NCBI GenBank assembly: GCA_052035095.1
Contig: JBPOHW010000007.1
Span: forward strand, 65,705-129,704
From: Candidatus Moraniibacteriota bacterium
GTDB taxonomy: Bacteria > Patescibacteriota > Minisyncoccia > Moranbacterales > UBA1568
Direction: 5' to 3'
DNA length: 64,000 nucleotides
Position numbers and translations under genes: made by a program. Positions 61,307 through 64,000 of this stretch are shown piece by piece. Under the pieces are notes generated by a model. The model was given only the letters and a program-made list of their open reading frames with translations, searched no databases and had not been told where the DNA came from. How positions within the stretch are numbered: the stretch's first letter is position 1; each line of letters opens with the position of its first letter.

Positions 61307-62761
61307 CTAGGAGCCCATTGGAGCAATGGGGAATTCAGCTTCATCTGATTTTCGAGCGAGGAGCGAGGCAATTTCATCGGTTCCGATGGAGCCGGTCAGG
61401 GAGAGAAAGGCGATATAGATGAGCGCGCCGCCCACAAGGAGTATCGGGAAGGAGAGGAAAGAAAACGAGAACAGGAACAATCCCATGGCGCCTGTCGAGA
61501 AGAGGATGCCGGGAATGCCTTTGAAGGATGGGGAGTAGTGAAGAAATCTGAAAGCGAGAAAAGCGGTCGCGATCGCGACAAAGCCTTCGGTCAAGAGCGA
61601 GACGCTCGCCGCGCCCGCGAAGGAGTAGCGCGGAATGAGGAGGAGGTTGAGCGTGATGTTGACGATGGCGATAGAGGCGAGTACAGCGAGAAGACGCTTC
61701 TGAAGATTGCCGGCAATCAGAATCGCATTAAAAAAATTGCCAAAAAATATGGCGGCGAGAGAAAAAATGAGAATGCGCAGTGGCATCGCCGCCCTCTGAA
61801 ATTCCGGACCGCCGATAAGGAGGACGAGTGACTCGGCAAGGAAGAATCCACCGACGGCGAGCGGCGCCGCGAAGACGGCGAAGACCTTGAAGGTTTTGTC
61901 GGCGACGAGACGAAATTTCTCCGGCTCGTGGAAGATATAGCGGGAGAAAAGCGGAAGGACGAGCCCGGCGATCATAGCCGGGAAGAACGTGAGATTTTCG
62001 ATGATTTTATAGGCGGCATTGTAGATGCCGACTTCCGCGCTTCCTTGGAGTACCGAGAGAAGGATAGTGTCCATCTTGAAGTACGCGAACGAGACGATGG
62101 AAATAAGGCCGATCGGGAGGGAGGCACGGAGGAAAGTTTTCCAAAACGGGATATCGAAAGAGAGTCGAAAGCGAAGGAATCGCCGGCTTATAACCAGAAG
62201 AATGCCGGCATTGAAGACCATATAGGCGAGAAGCGCGATGATAATGGCGCCGAAGCCCCAATCAAAAGAGACGGCGGCAATGATGAGTCCCAATTGGAGG
62301 CACTTGCCGAGAAGTTCGACGGTTGCCACCCAAAACATCGCCAGGCGCTTTTGGAAAAGACCATTTAAAACGCCGGAAGAGGAGGCAAAGACGAAGGCCG
62401 CCGCCGCGACAATGATGCCGAAACGCAATTCGGGCGTATAAGGTAAAAAGGGAACGGCGATGAGCGCGAGCGCGAACACGATCGAAGAGCTCGCGATGCG
62501 GAGCGCGAACACTTTTCCGACGAGAGTCTCTTCCGGCGCGTCCTTGCGGGAGATTTCTCGGGTAAGGAGCGAGGCGAGTCCCAAATCCGCGAGCGCGCCA
62601 AAAAGTCCGAAAAAAGCGAGGACGGTCGCGTAATTGCCAAACCCCTCGGTTCCAAGATAACGCGTGATAAAGCCGATCGCGACGAGCGCCAACACCGTCG
62701 AGAGAATTTTCGCGACGGAATTGAAAACAACATTGTACGCGATGCGTCGTGCGAGGGGCAT
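61307..62761 (-). CDS. Polysaccharide flippase (Wzx-like, MOP family)
   Basis: RYLG.EGFG, ADLGL, Y.KMDT.LLS, VGIYNAAY, LN.LLIP. Confidence 0.9.
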   Translation of the reverse strand: MPLARRIAYNVVFNSVAKILSTVLALVAIGFITRYLGTEGFGNYATVLAFFGLFGALADLGLASLLTREISRKDAPEETLVGKVFALRIASSSIVFALALIAVPFLPYTPELRFGIIVAAAAFVFASSSGVLNGLFQKRLAMFWVATVELLGKCLQLGLIIAAVSFDWGFGAIIIALLAYMVFNAGILLVISRRFLRFRLSFDIPFWKTFLRASLPIGLISIVSFAYFKMDTILLSVLQGSAEVGIYNAAYKIIENLTFFPAMIAGLVLPLFSRYIFHEPEKFRLVADKTFKVFAVFAAPLAVGGFFLAESLVLLIGGPEFQRAAMPLRILIFSLAAIFFGNFFNAILIAGNLQKRLLAVLASIAIVNITLNLLLIPRYSFAGAASVSLLTEGFVAIATAFLAFRFLHYSPSFKGIPGILFSTGAMGLFLFSFSFLSFPILLVGGALIYIAFLSLTGSIGTDEIASLLARKSDEAEFPIAPMGS

Positions 62762-62852
62762 GAGAAGGGGTGGAATAAAGAATAGGGAATAAAGAATAGG
62801 GCGAGAATTGCGGAAATGGACGCCTAATTCATAATTCCTTATTCCGAATTCT

Positions 62853-63329
62853 CTATAAATCGCTTTTCGGTTTCACGATGATTTTTCGGTTTTCGCCCAT
62901 ACCCGAACTTTCGGTGACGACCGTTTCGGACTCGGCGAGCGCGAGGTGGACACACTTGCGTTCAAAAGGCGTCATGGGACGAAGGAAAACCGCTCCCTTG
63001 TCTCGCGCCGCTTTCGTTTCGGCGTCTTTGGCTTCCGCGGAAAGCGCCCGTGCTTTTTCTGTCCAGTAGTGATTGACGTCGATTGAAAAATTCGCCCACC
63101 CGTCACAGGCTCGTCGAGCTATGAGGCGAGCAAGCGCTTGGAGCGCCTCTAAATTGAGACCGCGCTGGCCAATCAAAAGATTCGATCCTTCGGTAACGTG
63201 TATATGACACACGAAATCTCCCTGGATGGGGAGAACCGGCGATTCCACCGTGACTTCGGCGGGAATCGTCATTTTTTCAAGAAGCGCGCGCACGATACCG
63301 GCGACGACTTCGGCTTTGTCATGATCCAT
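62853..63329 (-). CDS. jag: Jag/EloR-like KH-R3H protein
   Basis: LLIGQRG.NLEALQ, DVNHY, PM..FERK.VH; downstream of yidC. Confidence 0.88.
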   Translation of the reverse strand: MDHDKAEVVAGIVRALLEKMTIPAEVTVESPVLPIQGDFVCHIHVTEGSNLLIGQRGLNLEALQALARLIARRACDGWANFSIDVNHYWTEKARALSAEAKDAETKAARDKGAVFLRPMTPFERKCVHLALAESETVVTESSGMGENRKIIVKPKSDL

Positions 63330-63613
63330 ACGGTTTTTTCATTGGGTTAGAGGTCGGCGGGGTGCGCCGAAATCCTCCCCTCCTTCTTCCGAGAATATCA
63401 CCGTTTCGCCCCAATGAAAAGAGCCCGACGCGTTTTGCCCCGGGCTCTTTCGAGTGTGAAAAATTTTTTGAAATAAAATGGGAGTTGCCAAGATTGCAAA
63501 AATGAATTTTTCTCACACGTTTCGCGAATGCTGATCCGACGTTTCGTCCCGCCAAGGCGGGATTGCAATCTTGGCGTGCGTTGAAAATAAACTTTTGTTT
63601 TTGTTGGCTCTAT

Positions 63614-64000
63614 TTATGCCGGAAGAGGGTGTGTGCCCGCGAGCTTTTGTTTCTTGAGGAGGTGCCACTGCTGGGCGATCATAAAGAGAGTGGAAGCGAG
63701 CCAGTAGAGCGCGAGGCCCGAGGGGAAGGTCATTCCGAAGAAGAGGGTGAGCGCGGGACCGATATAGAGCATTTGTTTCATCATGATTTCATTGAAATCC
63801 GGAGCGTCCTTCTCGGTTTTTGCCGGACTCTGTATCGTGGTGGCTGATTTTTTGTCGAGCGTCTTCTTACTCTCCATAATCATTTTCATCTGATAGTACT
63901 GCGCGAGCGCCGTCATAATCGCGAGGAGCGCGCTCGGCTTGGAGAGATCGAGAAGACCGAGGAATAGTCGACCGATTTGTCCCGGGTTTGAAACAAAGGT
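63614..64000 (-). CDS. yidC: Membrane protein insertase YidC (C-terminal part, runs off the window)
   Basis: MMKQMLY..P, FPSGLALYW..S.LF.IAQQ. Confidence 0.9.
   Translation of the reverse strand, partial: TFVSNPGQIGRLFLGLLDLSKPSALLAIMTALAQYYQMKMIMESKKTLDKKSATTIQSPAKTEKDAPDFNEIMMKQMLYIGPALTLFFGMTFPSGLALYWLASTLFMIAQQWHLLKKQKLAGTHPLPA

Overview
This is a chromosomal segment of a small-genome bacterium, most likely Patescibacteria/CPR (Parcubacteria-like). That placement is inferred from gene content, weak SD usage, a CPR-type PrgI/VirB4/VirB6/pilin cluster and a short rpsA; TGA is used as a stop (code 11). Housekeeping genes include rpsA, gmk, tilS, ftsH, rbfA, nrnA, udg, purD, rplS, gyrA, rpsO, pnp, lspA, comM, rsmA, pcrA, a Xer recombinase, jag and yidC. 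There are 10 tRNAs, one IS30 element, a T4SS-like cluster (43-56.8 kb) and a surface-polysaccharide operon (56.7-62.8 kb). The most notable non-coding structure is: (i) a 1.7-kb array of 17 parS-type palindromes in a ~2.7-kb gene-free AT-rich island (10.6-12.3 kb); (ii) a likely oriC at ~42.47-42.73 kb (DnaA boxes, DnaA-trios, AT-rich DUE, visible GC-skew flip) with no dnaA beside it; (iii) two promoter-to-terminator, hairpin-dense, largely non-coding transcription units of ~835 and ~590 nt (candidate large ncRNAs); (iv) a Gly-bodied tRNA with a GCT anticodon; (v) many REP, MITE and heptamer repeats, several inserted in-frame in proteins; and (vi) a pilin fused to defensin-like Cys modules and an M15/LAS-type peptidase domain. 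All calls were made by eye; no searches or folding programs were run.
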